Source of the DNA: Selaginella moellendorffii
Lineage: Eukaryota; Plantae; Lycopodiophyta
Assembly: GCF_000143415.4 (NCBI RefSeq)
Contig: NW_003314262.1
Span: 3,212,603 to 3,276,602, forward strand
DNA length: 64,000 nucleotides
Direction: 5' to 3'
Shown here: piece after piece, positions 10,207 through 22,395 of the stretch
Layout: each line of letters starts with the position of its first letter
How positions within the stretch are numbered: position 1 is the stretch's first letter
The notes under the pieces: generated by a model
The model's input: the letters and a program-made list of their open reading frames with translations, nothing else
Database searches by the model: none
Told to the model about the DNA's origin: nothing
Made by a program: the position numbers and the translations under genes

Positions 10207-13200
10207 CATCAGAACCAGTGCCATTTCTCAATATTTTCAATCTTATGAGTTGAATGCACTGGCAATTCTAAAAATAATTCATTTTTCAATTAAAAACTGT
10301 AAATGAATAATAACCAATATTTAAGAATATTCAAGCATTTTATATAGATGGGAAAGATAATAATTATTTGTAGTTAGAACCAAGTAAAATTAAATATTAA
10401 TTATAATAAAAATATATCTTTGTAGAAATGGGATATTTAAATATCCATATCCAAAAACCCTAGCTTATATGCAATCTGACAATTATTAAAATCCCACTAT
10501 ATTAATCTTAGTGTATAGCCATTAATACTAGTATATACCATTATAATCATATATTTGGTCTTCACATCATTCTCTCCTCTCGGAAAAATGGAAGGCAATC
10601 AAGGTTTTCTGGTTGATGTGCCAAGATTTGAAGGGACATTAAGAAGAGGCATTAGTGGATCTGTAAGTGGTATTAATTTAAATTTGCACATGCATAATTT
10701 CTATAGGATTGGCCTATGCTAAACCTTATAAACTTCCAGTCTAACATTTGATATTATCCCTTCCATTAAGCAATGAATTTTTTAAATAAACCATGTACTA
10801 TAAAATTGGGAAAATAGATTAACATAAAGTTAATTCATTTTGTACTCTACAAATGGATGATGATAGAAGTTATAGCACCATTGTTGTCCCATTTGTATGT
10901 AGCCTAAATATTTAGTAGACTTGGGCTTGGTTAAGTGGAAGAATACTCATCAAATATTGATAATATGACTTAGTATTGATAGCTTGTGATAATTGCAAAT
11001 GTTAATTCAATTCCGTTAGCAATATCAAATCTTAACTATATAAGAGTTTATATAGTGAAGCACCAATAGAACTTTGTACCCCTATGACATACATATGGAT
11101 GATAAACATGTGTAAAAATGTGGCATATCCCTAACCAAGATATTAAAATGTAAAATGCCTTAACCATAAATGCATAATCATTACTTGAGAGAATCCTCTT
11201 TAGAAAAGAATGATGAAACACTAAGCAATTGATGAAAAAGTATCCAATAGTAGTTACAGACAAACTAATAAAAGCACTAACTTCCATCCAATGAGTCAAG
11301 TAGTTATAAGCAATAATGATATACTTATTACCAATAGTTGACATTAAAAAGGGCTCCAAACACCACAACTGAAATGGATAGGAAATTGTAATTAATTCTA
11401 ATTTTCCATCTATAGCATGAGGGGGATTTAATGAGTTTAACACTAAACATAATTACACACATACTGGATAATATCACATTGCATATTTGGCTAATATAAA
11501 GATTTTTGCAACTTCACAATCACACAATGATGTCTTATATGCCCATCTAGAATAAAACAATCATGATAAACATATAGAAAGCGTGGAATAAAAATTGAAA
11601 ACATCAATAGCTATAAATGATTATTAAACTTTATCCTTACAAAATAAAGAATACCATCCTTAAGGCAATATTGAGAATGTAAATGCTAAAATGGCAAAAT
11701 CATCAGCAAGTCATATAGAATTTTTAAATCCATCATAAAGTTTTTAAATTCACAGCCCAACGTTTTGAGCCTTACAAACCTTTTTGAGAGAAGGTAAATC
11801 TTATTTTGCACTTTATGGACATTGAACATTAAGTATAGCAATTGCTAATAGCACTAAAAAATCTATAAATGTTAGAATAATAGATTCTTCAAGAATAAAA
11901 GAAGAGAGTAAAGAAGGGAGAGGAGCTTGAGAAAGGACATTAACATCAATTACAAAACTCTCTTAGTGATGAATAACCTCGAAATTATATATTTAAAACT
12001 TCAAAGCCTATTGAGAAATATGACCAATTAAGCTCTTTTATTCTAATAACGAAGTAATTGCAACATAATCACCTTTTAGTAATATTCAAGAATTATATAG
12101 ATATGCATAAAGTTTTTCAAAACCCCAAACTAAACACTCTTTTGTCATGGAGTAGTTGTACACCAAAACTAAAAGAGTTGTCAACAGCTCTTTGAGATTT
12201 ATAAACACCCCCTCATAGTCTATAGACCAGATGAAAGATGATATTGATAACTTTAACAATGTGCAAACCCTAAACAATACAATACAATTAGAAAGATGAT
12301 TAATAAAACAATTGAGATATTGTACTTTATCATAAAAATGATGCACATTATTTACACACTTCGAAGTAAGAAACTTGAAAAGATCCACAAGTTTGTTAGG
12401 ATTAACTTGTAAACTTTAACAAAAAATACAGTACTCAAGATAAATCATGTTTTTGAACCCAAACACACACTTCAATTGCTTCAACTTTAAATTAACTTTT
12501 TATAATTGATTTAACATTTTACAAACATCACGAATATACTCTTTATACATCCCTTCTGAGTGGATTAATACATCATCGATGAAATCAATAAATATATTCG
12601 GCATATCGTAAAGAACTTTGTCCATCATCCATTGGAAAGTCACTAGAGTATTAGTTAAACCAAATGGCATCACCAAAAACTCATACAAACTAAATGGCAT
12701 ATGAAAAACAATCACAAAAATATTTTTTTCAACTACTAACACTTACTATTACCCAAAAATAATATCTAACTTAGTGAACCAACTACTTCTTCCTGGACAA
12801 TCTAAAAGATCAACAGTGTGAGGAAAGTAATACACATATAGGATAGACACTTCTTTTAATGGATAATAATAGATATAGAAACAAATACTTCTATTAGGGT
12901 TCATCATAAGACGAGGTTTAAATGCCCAAAGACTCCACAAGTTTTAGATAACACCCTTTTCCAAGAAACCACCAATGTATACGATGAATACATTTGAAGT
13001 TGTTTTTCGTTATGTTTTGCCCCTCATTATGATGTGGATAATGCTTGCATAGAATTTTAACATTTCTAGCAAAGGGAAATGACACTCGGGGTTTATATAT
13101 AAGTCTCATTAGATCTTTTTCTAACATGATCTGCTTTGATATATTTGGCTCCACACAAAGCAAAAAACTCTAGAAGCAAATGCCAAATTGCATTATTGAC

Positions 13201-13371
13201 TTAAATGGCTCATGATGAAAAACAAGCAATTGTTGAAATACATTATCACAATTGTTGGCATATTCAATATATACTTAAAGTGTCTATGAGAATGTTTTAA
13301 TCTGCATGAGTGACTACACTCAAACTATTGTATTATTGCAATGCGGAGATACGCAAGAAACTCATATAAAC

Positions 13372-13952
13372 TATAAGCAACCAAAGGGAACGACTTAAGA
13401 GACGATCCATAGGGTTTAAATATAGAGGGAAAGGGCCCATGAACAAAAGTGCACCCCTTTTTCCAATCGGTTAAGGGTCTTGGGATATTCAGGGTTAAGA
13501 GTCCTTGGGTTTGAATAATACTGGGCCCGGGTGACCTCCCAGGAAGTCCAAACTCATGAGTTTACATTTGGTATCAGAGCGATCTCGGGTCCGACTCTGT
13601 TGGTTGGCTAGGGGAATCACACCACATGTTGATTGACATTTGGCTGGTCCAATTTGCTCCCGCTAGGCTAGGGTGTCAAGAGAGCGGGGCTCTCGGGAGA
13701 GCTGCGGCTCTCAGCTTCCGTTCACGAGGGCGTGAACTTGCAGGGAAGCGTGGTGGATTGTAAGCAACCAAAGAGAACGACTTGAGAGACGGTCCATAGG
13801 GTTCAAATATAGAGGGAAAAGGCCCATGAATAAGAGTGCACCCCCTTTTCCAATCGGTTAAGGGTCTTGGGATACTTGGAGTTAAGCGTCCATGGGTTTG
13901 AATAGTACTAGGCTGGGTGATCTTTCGGGAAGTCTAAACTCAAGAGCTTACA
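13372..13952 (+). mobile_element. Cassandra-type TRIM (non-autonomous LTR element with a 5S rRNA-derived segment in each LTR), nested in the gypsy relic
   Basis: LTRs at 13372-13566 and 13759-13952 (TG..CA; first LTR mutated to TA). PBS TGGTATCAGAGC at 13569-13580, purine-rich tract before LTR2, and 5-bp TSD TAAAC on both sides. The 5S-like segment in LTR2 is AGTTAAGCGT..TAGTACTAGGCTGGGTGA..CGGGAAGTC. Confidence 0.92.
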
Positions 13953-14016
13953 TAAACATCAAGCATCATTCTAAAAATGATAGATAGCAATCACCATGAA
14001 ATGATTAAACCAATAG

Positions 14017-14410
14017 TACATACCATCCCTAGGATTCTCACAAAAGAACTCTAGCCAAACATGAGGATTAGTAGTAAGAGTAGAAGGAATTATACCATGC
14101 ATTGTGAATATTATTACCAATTGAGTTTGATTGTTCAACTACAATCACATAGCATCAAGTAAGTACACCAACTACTACTCCAGAACTACTCTAGGGCTCA
14201 CAATGGAGCTTTTTACATACCATCCCTAGGATTCTCACAAAAGAACTCTAGCCAAACATGAAGATTAGTAGTAAGAGTAGAAGGAATTATACCATGCATT
14301 GTGAATATTATTATCAATTGAATTTGATTGTTCAACTACAATCACATAGCATCAAGTAAGTACACTAACTACTACTCCAGAACTACTCTAGGGCTCACAA
14401 TGGAGCTTTT
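14017..14410. repeat. Tandem duplication, 2 x 197 bp
   Basis: The unit TACATACCATCCCTAGG...CAATGGAGCTTTT starts at 14017 and again at 14214; about 4 transition differences. Confidence 0.9.
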
Positions 14411-15265
14411 AATGTAGCTCAAGGGTGGTTGGGTGGTGAAACACATCAAGAGGAAGCATAGTATAATTGAGGGAGATTAGATTGTTATCTTTTAGCGTTG
14501 GATATTAACATTAGTATTAGAGAAAGGAGAAAGAGGCTACTGCTCTACTATGAAAATAAACTAAAAACGAAAAAATAAAAATAAAAATAAAAAAGTTATA
14601 AGGAAAGTTAAATCTAAGATCTAAACCAAAATCCTAAATCCATTCCTTAGGGATAATCAAAGCTGCCCCTCAATCTCCACTAATATAAGTGTATGGATAT
14701 GGAAATGTAATATAGAAATATAAATATCAATTAGCCAAAAACCTTGGCTTGATCCAACTCAAAACCAATCTAATGATTATTATGCTAATATTAGTATACA
14801 ACATTGTAACTGTATACTTGGACCTCATATTATGATTTTTCTTAAAATAAAAATAATATACTTCTTAAATATATTTTAAAATAATTTTAGGATGTATTAA
14901 AATCTTATAAAAGACCTCTCCCTAATCATTGAATTTCATCAATCATTACAATATAAACAATTATTACTCCTTGTTATAAAAAAGGATTAATTTCTTTTTA
15001 CATTTTATCATGCCTTTTTGTAACTTACTAATTAAAGTAAATTTTAGATTTTAGTATAAAGGATGTAATTACAATCAAGATTAATAAGATTAATTCTTTC
15101 ATTTTTCTTATTTAGTGACTAGCTGAAAGTTTTGGAATAACAGGCCAACACACCAAGTTGGCAAGTTATATAATCCATCCAACAAATGAGACTTACCATA
15201 TAAGTATGCACAATGTCTAGCTATGCATATACCAAGTGCAAATAGGATCCAATGACATCTGATAT

Positions 15266-17065
15266 ATGGGGTTGTTGACTCTGCACGCATCCTTGCATGA
15301 GAACTTTCATTTTACTCCCGGCTTGGCAAATTTATCTCAAGCTTTCCTGCAGTGGGAAATGGATGAAGATCTGTCTCTTGCATCCAGGCTTAAGCGCTGC
15401 AATAGTGCTCTGGAAGCACAAACGCTCCACGGGAGAGTGTTGAGTGCTCACAAGGGTGATCGATATCTTGCAAATCTGGCCATCCAGATGCACGGCCGAC
15501 GTGGCGACGTGGCTAAAGCAAGGAGCGTATTTGACGGCATCGCACGACCCAACGTTTTCTCGTGGAACTCGATGCTCTTGGCATATGCCGCGAACGGGCA
15601 TCTAGAGGAGGCCGAGAGGATATTTCAAGGGACATTGCTTAGAAACATCATGTCGTATAATTTAATGATGCTAGTTTACACGAAATCTTTTTACGTCGAA
15701 AAGGCTAAAAGCATTTTTGATACTATGCCCGATCGAAACCTTGAGAGCTGGAACGCAATGATCAAAGCAAATGCCGAGTGTGGGCATTTGATCCAAGCGA
15801 AGGATGTGTTTGATCGAATGCCCGAGCGTGATGTTATCTCCTGGAACACGATGATCGCTGCTTATGTCCGCGCCGAGAACACGCAAGAAGCCAAGGCAAT
15901 GTTTGATGATATGCCCGAGAAAGGTATCGTGACGTGGAACACAGTCTTGTCGGCGTGTAACAACGACGTGGATGCCACGCACGCTGTCCTGCAGCAAATG
16001 CCCGAGTGGAATGTGGTGTCGTGGAATACCGCGCTGACCACGTTTGCAGACAACGGGCAGCTGTTCGCCACGGTGGATCTGTTTGAGAGGATGCCGGAAA
16101 AGAACGCTGTGACGTGGAATGCCATGATAATGGCATATGCCCATAACGGGCATTTGGCGCTTTCCAAGGCGTTGTTTCATAAGATGCCCAGGCCAGACAT
16201 AGTGACGTGGAACACAATGCTAAAGGTGTTTTCAAGTTTTGGCCACTGTAAAAACGTTTATGACACAATGCCGGGATGGAATGTGGTCTCTTGGAATATT
16301 ATGCTAGCCGCATATGCCCAGAATGGGCATATACTAGAAGCAGAACGTTTGTTTAAAGAAATGGCAGATTGGAGTGTGATAACGTGGAACATAATGCTAG
16401 AAGGATATGCTTTAGTTGGAAAAATAGAAGATTGTAGAAAGATATTTTTTTCAATGAAAGAGAAAAGCTTGGTATCTTGGAATTGTTTGATTCAAGCGTA
16501 TGCCGAGAAAGGGGATGTTGAGAATTCGAAGTGTCTGTTTGACAAGATGCCCGAGAGAGACGTCATCTCCTGGACGGCAATGGTGGTGGCATATTCGCAA
16601 AATGGCTACTTTCAAGATGCCAAGAATCTCTTTGTGGAGATGCCGGAGCGCAGTGTGGTTTCTTGGACAGCAATGCTGGGAGCATATGCCTGGGCAGGGC
16701 ATGTAGAAGAAGTAAGAATCTTCTTTGATACAATGCCTGAGAGAGACTCAGCAGCATGGTCTGCAGTAATATCTTCAGTCTCAAATGCTGGAAAAGTGAA
16801 GTGTGCTATTTTTTTGATGGTTACCATGAATCTGGAAGGCTTTGATGTTGATGAGATTACAATGATAAGCATTCTAGCAGGGTGCAGCGAGAAAGGACTG
16901 CTGGAAGAATGCCGCTGGTATTTGCTTGCAATGACAAATGACTATGGTCTAGTGCTAATTGAGGAGCACATATGGGTCATCATAGATTGCTTAGAACGAT
17001 CAGAGCACAAAGAAAAATTTCCTAAAGTATCACCTCTTGTATATTCTTCAAAGAATGTGCACTAA
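15266..17065 (+). CDS. PLS-class PPR protein with an expanded run of short (SS/S-type) motifs; ends before a recognisable E/DYW domain
   Basis: Repeated about 31-aa FDxMPERxVVSWNxMxxAYAxxG units. The true start may be the ATG at 15359. Confidence 0.9.
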   Translation: MGLLTLHASLHENFHFTPGLANLSQAFLQWEMDEDLSLASRLKRCNSALEAQTLHGRVLSAHKGDRYLANLAIQMHGRRGDVAKARSVFDGIARPNVFSWNSMLLAYAANGHLEEAERIFQGTLLRNIMSYNLMMLVYTKSFYVEKAKSIFDTMPDRNLESWNAMIKANAECGHLIQAKDVFDRMPERDVISWNTMIAAYVRAENTQEAKAMFDDMPEKGIVTWNTVLSACNNDVDATHAVLQQMPEWNVVSWNTALTTFADNGQLFATVDLFERMPEKNAVTWNAMIMAYAHNGHLALSKALFHKMPRPDIVTWNTMLKVFSSFGHCKNVYDTMPGWNVVSWNIMLAAYAQNGHILEAERLFKEMADWSVITWNIMLEGYALVGKIEDCRKIFFSMKEKSLVSWNCLIQAYAEKGDVENSKCLFDKMPERDVISWTAMVVAYSQNGYFQDAKNLFVEMPERSVVSWTAMLGAYAWAGHVEEVRIFFDTMPERDSAAWSAVISSVSNAGKVKCAIFLMVTMNLEGFDVDEITMISILAGCSEKGLLEECRWYLLAMTNDYGLVLIEEHIWVIIDCLERSEHKEKFPKVSPLVYSSKNVH

Positions 17066-17118
17066 AAATCCTTCAACCTCTTTTTCTTTCGCTTGTTTTT
17101 TTTTTTTTTTTTTTGTTG

Positions 17119-18864
17119 CTAATCTTCAGTCTCTACAAACCCAACATTGGCGACAAGGACCATCTTGTCCCGTGTTCTTCCCTTCAGCACAGCAACATCC
17201 TTGACTTTGTCTAGGAGCCCTTCCAGATCCTGGACGCCAAAAGCCGCGTAGTCTGGATCCTTGGAGTACCTCTGTCTGTAGATCCTGAGAAGATCACTCA
17301 CCAGGATATGATACTGGAAGCTAACCAGCAGCTCCTGGAGCTCCCGCTTGAAAGCCTCTCTCGCAAGCTCACTACCACCACCACCACTGCCACTACTCTC
17401 CACCACTTCCTGGATCTCGATCACCTCCTCCACCTCTCGATGCTGCTCGCTGCCTCGCTCATCCGGCGAGTCGGACGAGTCTTGAGAAACGTCCAGCTTG
17501 CTCACGTAAACCACCACTTCCTCGTCCACCATGCTCTTGGATTCCTCCTTTGGAGCCTCGATCTCCTGTTCCTCCACCTCGTTCTCCCTCTCGTCATCGT
17601 CGTCCTCTTCGTCATCGTCCTCGTCGTTTTTGCCTTCACAAGCGCTCCCCCACACCTCTTTGTATCTCGCAGCCATGCGCTTCCCCATGGCCGTCAGGTG
17701 GACCTTCCTCTGTGAGCCTTTTCCCTTGATACACACCGTGTCTTGCATCCTCTCGATCAAGTGAACCAGCCTGCGCGACCCGTAGTCGGCCATGTAGAGT
17801 GGCTTCTGGTAGAGCTTGATATACTTCGATGGTATCTTGAGCATCAGCATCTTCCCGCCGTGCAAGCTCAGCAGCTTCACGAGCTGCCGCTTCAAACCGG
17901 AGATATCCCCCGGCTGGACGAAGGACGGGCTCCCTGGATCTTCTGGCTCCACCGGAAGTGCCGAAGACGTGCTTGGTTGCGACGTTGTTCGCACATTGAT
18001 CTGAGTCCACTGAGGACTCGGGCTCATTTGCTGCGGAGAGTGACGCTCCTGCTGCTGCTGCTGCTGCATCAATCCCCACTCGCCACTGCCCTCCCTCCTA
18101 ACGTACCGAGGCTGAGGAACTGGAATAGGTGGCGAGAGTCCGGTGGCGCCTCGGCCAGTTTCGTCACCCGACTCGTCGCTAAACATCACCGGGAACCGTC
18201 GATCCACACTCTCCCGGGGCTGGAAAGGCCTCGCCGGAACGAGGCCGTGTCCCCGAGCAACGCTGGTCCAGTCCCACACGTACTTCCCAGCGCTGCAAAG
18301 GCTTCCGGAGACGTATCCGGAAGGAATGGCGAGCACCACCGTGTAGTCGCGCTGCCCGAGCTTGTGGAGCGCCGGGGCGAAGTCGACGTCGCCGGTGATG
18401 AGAAGGATGGTGCAGGGTGGCCGGTTGTCCAGCGCGAACAGGAACATATCCACGAGGATGGCTTTGTCCGACGCATTCTTCCTGCCGTTTGGAACGTCGA
18501 TGAGGTTGACGCCGGTTCTCTGGCAGCCTTCTCTCACCTTGCGTGGGAAATGGTTGAAGTCGCCATAAGCCGAGAACATTTTCACGGCGCCCCGGGTAGA
18601 AGAATGCATTCTCAGCGCCATCCTCACGTTTCCAGCAACCTCCTCGGGATTCACCTCGCCTGGAACCGTGCAATTCTCGATGTCCCACAGAATTGCCACC
18701 GGAGCACTCGGGATTTTCTGGTGTTGCTGCTGCTGCTGCTGTTCTTGCTGCTGCTGGATCCTCATATCCTCTCTTGGCACTCCAGTTCCAAATCCTTGCG
18801 TTGCTCGGGAAGGACCACTGCTACCAGAGTTGCCGATCCCTGTGAGCGCACTGCCGGACCCCAT
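17119..18864 (-). CDS. NYN-domain endoribonuclease with two LOTUS/OST-HTH domains (MARF1/limkain-b1-like), intronless
   Basis: VAILWDIENC.VP, AYGDF, KNASDKAILVDMFLFALDN, ILLITGDVDFAPALHKL, plus two LOTUS-like segments (LKRQLVKLL..YG..RL..L; FKRELQELL..FG..DL..LL). First in-frame ATG at 18864. Confidence 0.9.
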   Translation of the reverse strand: MGSGSALTGIGNSGSSGPSRATQGFGTGVPREDMRIQQQQEQQQQQQHQKIPSAPVAILWDIENCTVPGEVNPEEVAGNVRMALRMHSSTRGAVKMFSAYGDFNHFPRKVREGCQRTGVNLIDVPNGRKNASDKAILVDMFLFALDNRPPCTILLITGDVDFAPALHKLGQRDYTVVLAIPSGYVSGSLCSAGKYVWDWTSVARGHGLVPARPFQPRESVDRRFPVMFSDESGDETGRGATGLSPPIPVPQPRYVRREGSGEWGLMQQQQQQERHSPQQMSPSPQWTQINVRTTSQPSTSSALPVEPEDPGSPSFVQPGDISGLKRQLVKLLSLHGGKMLMLKIPSKYIKLYQKPLYMADYGSRRLVHLIERMQDTVCIKGKGSQRKVHLTAMGKRMAARYKEVWGSACEGKNDEDDDEEDDDDERENEVEEQEIEAPKEESKSMVDEEVVVYVSKLDVSQDSSDSPDERGSEQHREVEEVIEIQEVVESSGSGGGGSELAREAFKRELQELLVSFQYHILVSDLLRIYRQRYSKDPDYAAFGVQDLEGLLDKVKDVAVLKGRTRDKMVLVANVGFVETED

Positions 18865-19131
18865 TGCGCCTTCGCAAAGATCTTCTCCAGCCAAGAACCC
18901 ACTAAAAGCCGATCAAATCCTGGAACCCATTGACTTCCCGGGGGCGGGAGAGCGATCTACCACCGGCCTAGCCTACGATCCAAGCGACCCATCTCGCCTT
19001 TGCCGGCGAAGGAAGAGAACCAAAAAAAAATTGTCTCCACCACCGCCCTTACGTACAGCACGGACCCGAGCCAATCCCCTGGAACCACGTGTCGGGCCAT
19101 CGACATATCCACAGTCGTTGGTAACTTAGTA

Positions 19132-20577
19132 TCACTGTCCCTGGTTCTTCTTCCTCTTCCTCTTTGGCTTCTTTTTCACAGCGTCCAAGAGACTCGTTGG
19201 CTCGAGCTTTGCTTCTTTATGCGCTGCCACTTCCACCATCTCCACATCTGTGTTCTTCTCCGTCGAAAACACGGGACCAAGTTGCCTGTCTTGCTGTTGT
19301 GGCGGAAGTGCTTGGTACACTGATGCCGCAGAAACCAGGCCTTGAATCCCTCCTGGCTGTGTTTCCACTTTCACTGACTTTTTGACTGCCAGATCAAACT
19401 CGTCCAGTGCCTCAGCATCTGCATTTTACAGTTAAAAGCAGGGAAAAAGGAAAAACTTGGAACTTTACCGAGTGGTCTTGCGCTCTGGAGACTCCTGAGA
19501 GAGTGAAACGTTCATGTCAATTGGATACAAGGAAAGCTGAAGTGACGTGACTTGCATACCAAGTAGAAGCACCGCCTTGGAACAGTCGTCCTTCCTCCTT
19601 CCGTGCTGTGTCTTCTTTCGCGTCCGGCTCCTCCTCTTCGCTGTCCGTGTCGCTTTCCATCGGCGTAGCTTCAGCTTCCAGCTTTAAGCTTCCGGTTGAA
19701 GTGAATTCGTTAAGCTGTGGGCCTGTGTTAAGCTGTGGAACTGTATCAGCAACGACTTGGGCGGTCTTGCTGTCTTCTGACGGTCGATGCCGTCGGACTT
19801 TTCTTTGCGCTCTTTCGATCTCATGACTTTCGGCCTGAGAAGCGACCGCATTGTAAATTGAAAAGGAAAAGCAAAAAAGAAGCATACCCCTTTCTTCAAT
19901 AGAGCCGCGGTTTCAGCGGCCTTTGACGCTGCTATACGCATGCATCGTAGTATTTCATTCATCCGGACGGCAACACCACCTCCTTTCTGGATCGCACAAA
20001 CTTCTCCATGAGCGTTGACAGTCACTGTTAAACGGCCACCCATCACCGCTTCTTCCTTCAAGCTAGGATCTAACACCTGCAAAGTAAAATTTATAAGAAA
20101 AACAACGACTAGTGTCACACACAACGAAAACTTACGACTAGCTCGCCATCAGCCAAAAACCCGAATGTTACAGCTATTGGCAAATGATGTAGCGTAAGAG
20201 GAAGTGGCTCGCGAACCTGAAAGCACAAGGCCAGAATAAGATCAAGCAGAGAGCGTTTGAGAAAACCTCAGGGGGATGGATAGTTATATCCTGACCATCT
20301 GCACCACCAATGCTACATTCCGGCCTTCGAAACGAGAGAAGCCCAGCTAGAGCAGCCAGATTGGCAACGTCTATAAGATTACTGCCAATGAAAACCAAAT
20401 GCTAACGTTCGAATGGACCAAACATCAAGAAAAAAGCTTACCCTCCATTGTCTAGAATGTGAATATCGATGCGCAAAAACCACACGGCTTTTCCTGCTAG
20501 AACACACAGTGATTCTGTGTCCACGGCCCTGCTTTCCCTGGAAACAGTAACAGTGAAGTTGATTGTTCTACACGAAA

Positions 20578-20611
<34 letters not shown>

Positions 20612-21005
20612 TGGAGCATACCTTAAGCCACGATCGATAACACGTCCCAGCTCTACTGCTAATTCCCCAGGACGCCCAGGCTCAAAGGAAGGATCAGCCA
20701 TTGGCGAAAATTCCGTGTTAATGACCAGGGAGCCCTCGTTCGGACGATCCGGGTATGGCGTCCCCAGCTGAGCGCTCACCACGGCCAGCACCCTCGTCTC
20801 CCCTTGCTGGACTTCCACAGCTCCATCTTCCCTGCCGAGAAAGAGATTTCGAGCGAATCGAGAGAACTTTCTCCTCTTACCTGGCGAAATTGATGAGCGA
20901 GCGGCGAGAATCAAAGGGAGCCCGGCCGTCGACACGCAGCTCCTGCCGCAGCGCCGATTCCACGAACTCCCGCTCGTTGATGCTAATGCGCACGCTGCCC
21001 GCCAT
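19132..21005 (-). CDS. RRP45: Exosome complex component RRP45 (RNase PH family), multi-exon
   Basis: NEREFVESAL..LRVDGR, PYPDRPNEG, EFSPMADPSFEPGRPGE, ESRAVDTESLCVLAGK.VW.LRIDIHILDNGGNLID, DPSLKEEAVMGG and GEVCAIQKGGG. Basic C-terminal tail. Confidence 0.93.
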
Positions 21006-21010
21006 GGCCA

Positions 21011-21025
21011 AAAACCCTAAACCTT
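21011..21025. promoter_or_regulatory. Telo-box (AAACCCTAA) just upstream of the RRP45 start codon
   Basis: The sequence AAAACCCTAAACCTT. Telo-boxes are typical of plant ribosome-biogenesis and RNA-processing genes. Confidence 0.55.
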
Positions 21026-21100
21026 AAACTCTATAAGATTAAATGTTTGATTATACTCTAATAAATATTATTGTACTAAGATATCTGACTAATCAAAGCT

Positions 21101-22030
21101 TTAGAAGGAACTTCGTTCACGATTGTCACTCCTAATCAGCTGAACCAATTGAACAAGCCTGTTATTCAGTGGCTGAAGAGGCCTTGCATTTTCTCCCTGG
21201 ATAGAAAAAGAAAAAAAATTCTTAATTATTAAATCGATTAGTATATAAAGATACCTTCAAAGACGCTTTGAGCGCCCAATACTGGTTTTCTGGCTGTGAA
21301 AACCAGAATGTTAGAGCTTTGAGCTGCATGGAAGGCTAAAAGACTCTCACCTGGGAATAAACATATTCTCGGAATATGGAGGGGTTCCACAAGGATTTCA
21401 AGCAGTTCGGGATTGATAGTTCTTATAAATACATCTTCTGCCAAACGTGGAAGATAACATTCCAGATGAAAACATTTTAAGTTTAAAAAAGAAACAATAG
21501 CAAGATTAAATCTACCTGGGTAATAAACGGATCTGCCCCCGGAATTACTGCAATGTTCCCTTCGTGAACCACGTGAATCTCCATAGGATATCTGCAAAGG
21601 ATAGTAGTAAACAATAATAATCTATGAGGAGACTCCAGAAACCTTCTGCCATCGATGGTGTGCTCGCTTGGGATGTCGACGTGATATATTATCCATAGAA
21701 GATTAAACTGCCCGGCATCTCCAAGAAATCCCACCCAGTTTTGAAAGATGTTTAAGAATAACAGGGACAAGAGTTCTAGCTACAAACAGTGAGTTCTCTA
21801 AGATCTTTAACCCCGCGATGTTCAACGATCGCAGATGAGGATTTGTCCACAACTCCTGGAGTAGCCGGGAAGCTCAAAGCAACTGGCGACTTGTTTTAAA
21901 CCACTGGTGGCATCTGCCAAAAGAGAAAAACACAAAGAAAAGAGCCTCAATGGAACTCTACATATCCTTCTGTGGCTATTAACCTGCGAGAAACCAAGCA
22001 AAGAAAGGACACAATCAGCATTGATGTGCA
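21101..22030 (-). pseudogene. Alpha-carbonic anhydrase pseudogene (tandem copy of 22759-23833)
   Basis: Collinear with the adjacent copy but carries many small deletions, including loss of the HFH zinc-ligand codons and most of the YNGSLTTPP segment. Confidence 0.85.
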
Positions 22031-22325
22031 AAGGATGAATCGAAGGGATGAATTGGATAACAAGGAAAAGGACTGTCTGGATTCATGAAACTGGACTCAT
22101 GACTATTAGAAAAACAAACAACATGTGAGTTTTGGTACTACATGGTGTGGTAGAAGTTGACAAACTACATAATGTAGAAAAAGCTGCATGCATACGTACA
22201 TAAGAATGCGTGTGCAAAAAACATCACATTAATATTATAAAAAGCGCATTTTATAAGTTCAAAGAATAGGAGATAAAACCCTAAACCTTATACTCTAATA
22301 AGTTTATTTTTGATAATTTATACTC

Positions 22326-22361
<36 letters not shown>

Positions 22362-22395
22362 TATTATTATTATTACTACTACTACTACTACTATT
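22326..22395. repeat. (AAT)n-(TTA)n-(CTA)n compound microsatellite
   Basis: Directly visible. The AAT and TTA tracts form an inverted pair. Confidence 0.9.

Larger units (their letters stand above)
10421..14832 (-). mobile_element. Highly degenerate Ty3/gypsy LTR retrotransposon
   Basis: RT remnant (MPFGLTNT..TFQ..MDKVL..FIDDVLIHS, 12500-12742), RNase H region, and integrase remnant (PFQLW..GNKYIII..YLTHW.E, 11048-11443) in RT-RH-INT order. Similar short AT-rich ends (about 10421-10569 and 14690-14832) are putative LTRs. Purine tract next to the left LTR. Many stops; boundaries approximate. Confidence 0.8.

Noticed and set aside
13490-13550. A 5S rRNA gene
   Set aside because: Only the 3' internal-promoter half is present, twice, inside LTRs. 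It is Cassandra cargo, not an rRNA locus.
17743-18933. 396-aa plus-strand ORF (and similar antisense ORFs over the PPR and GULLO genes)
   Set aside because: Antisense shadows expected from high-GC3 codon usage.
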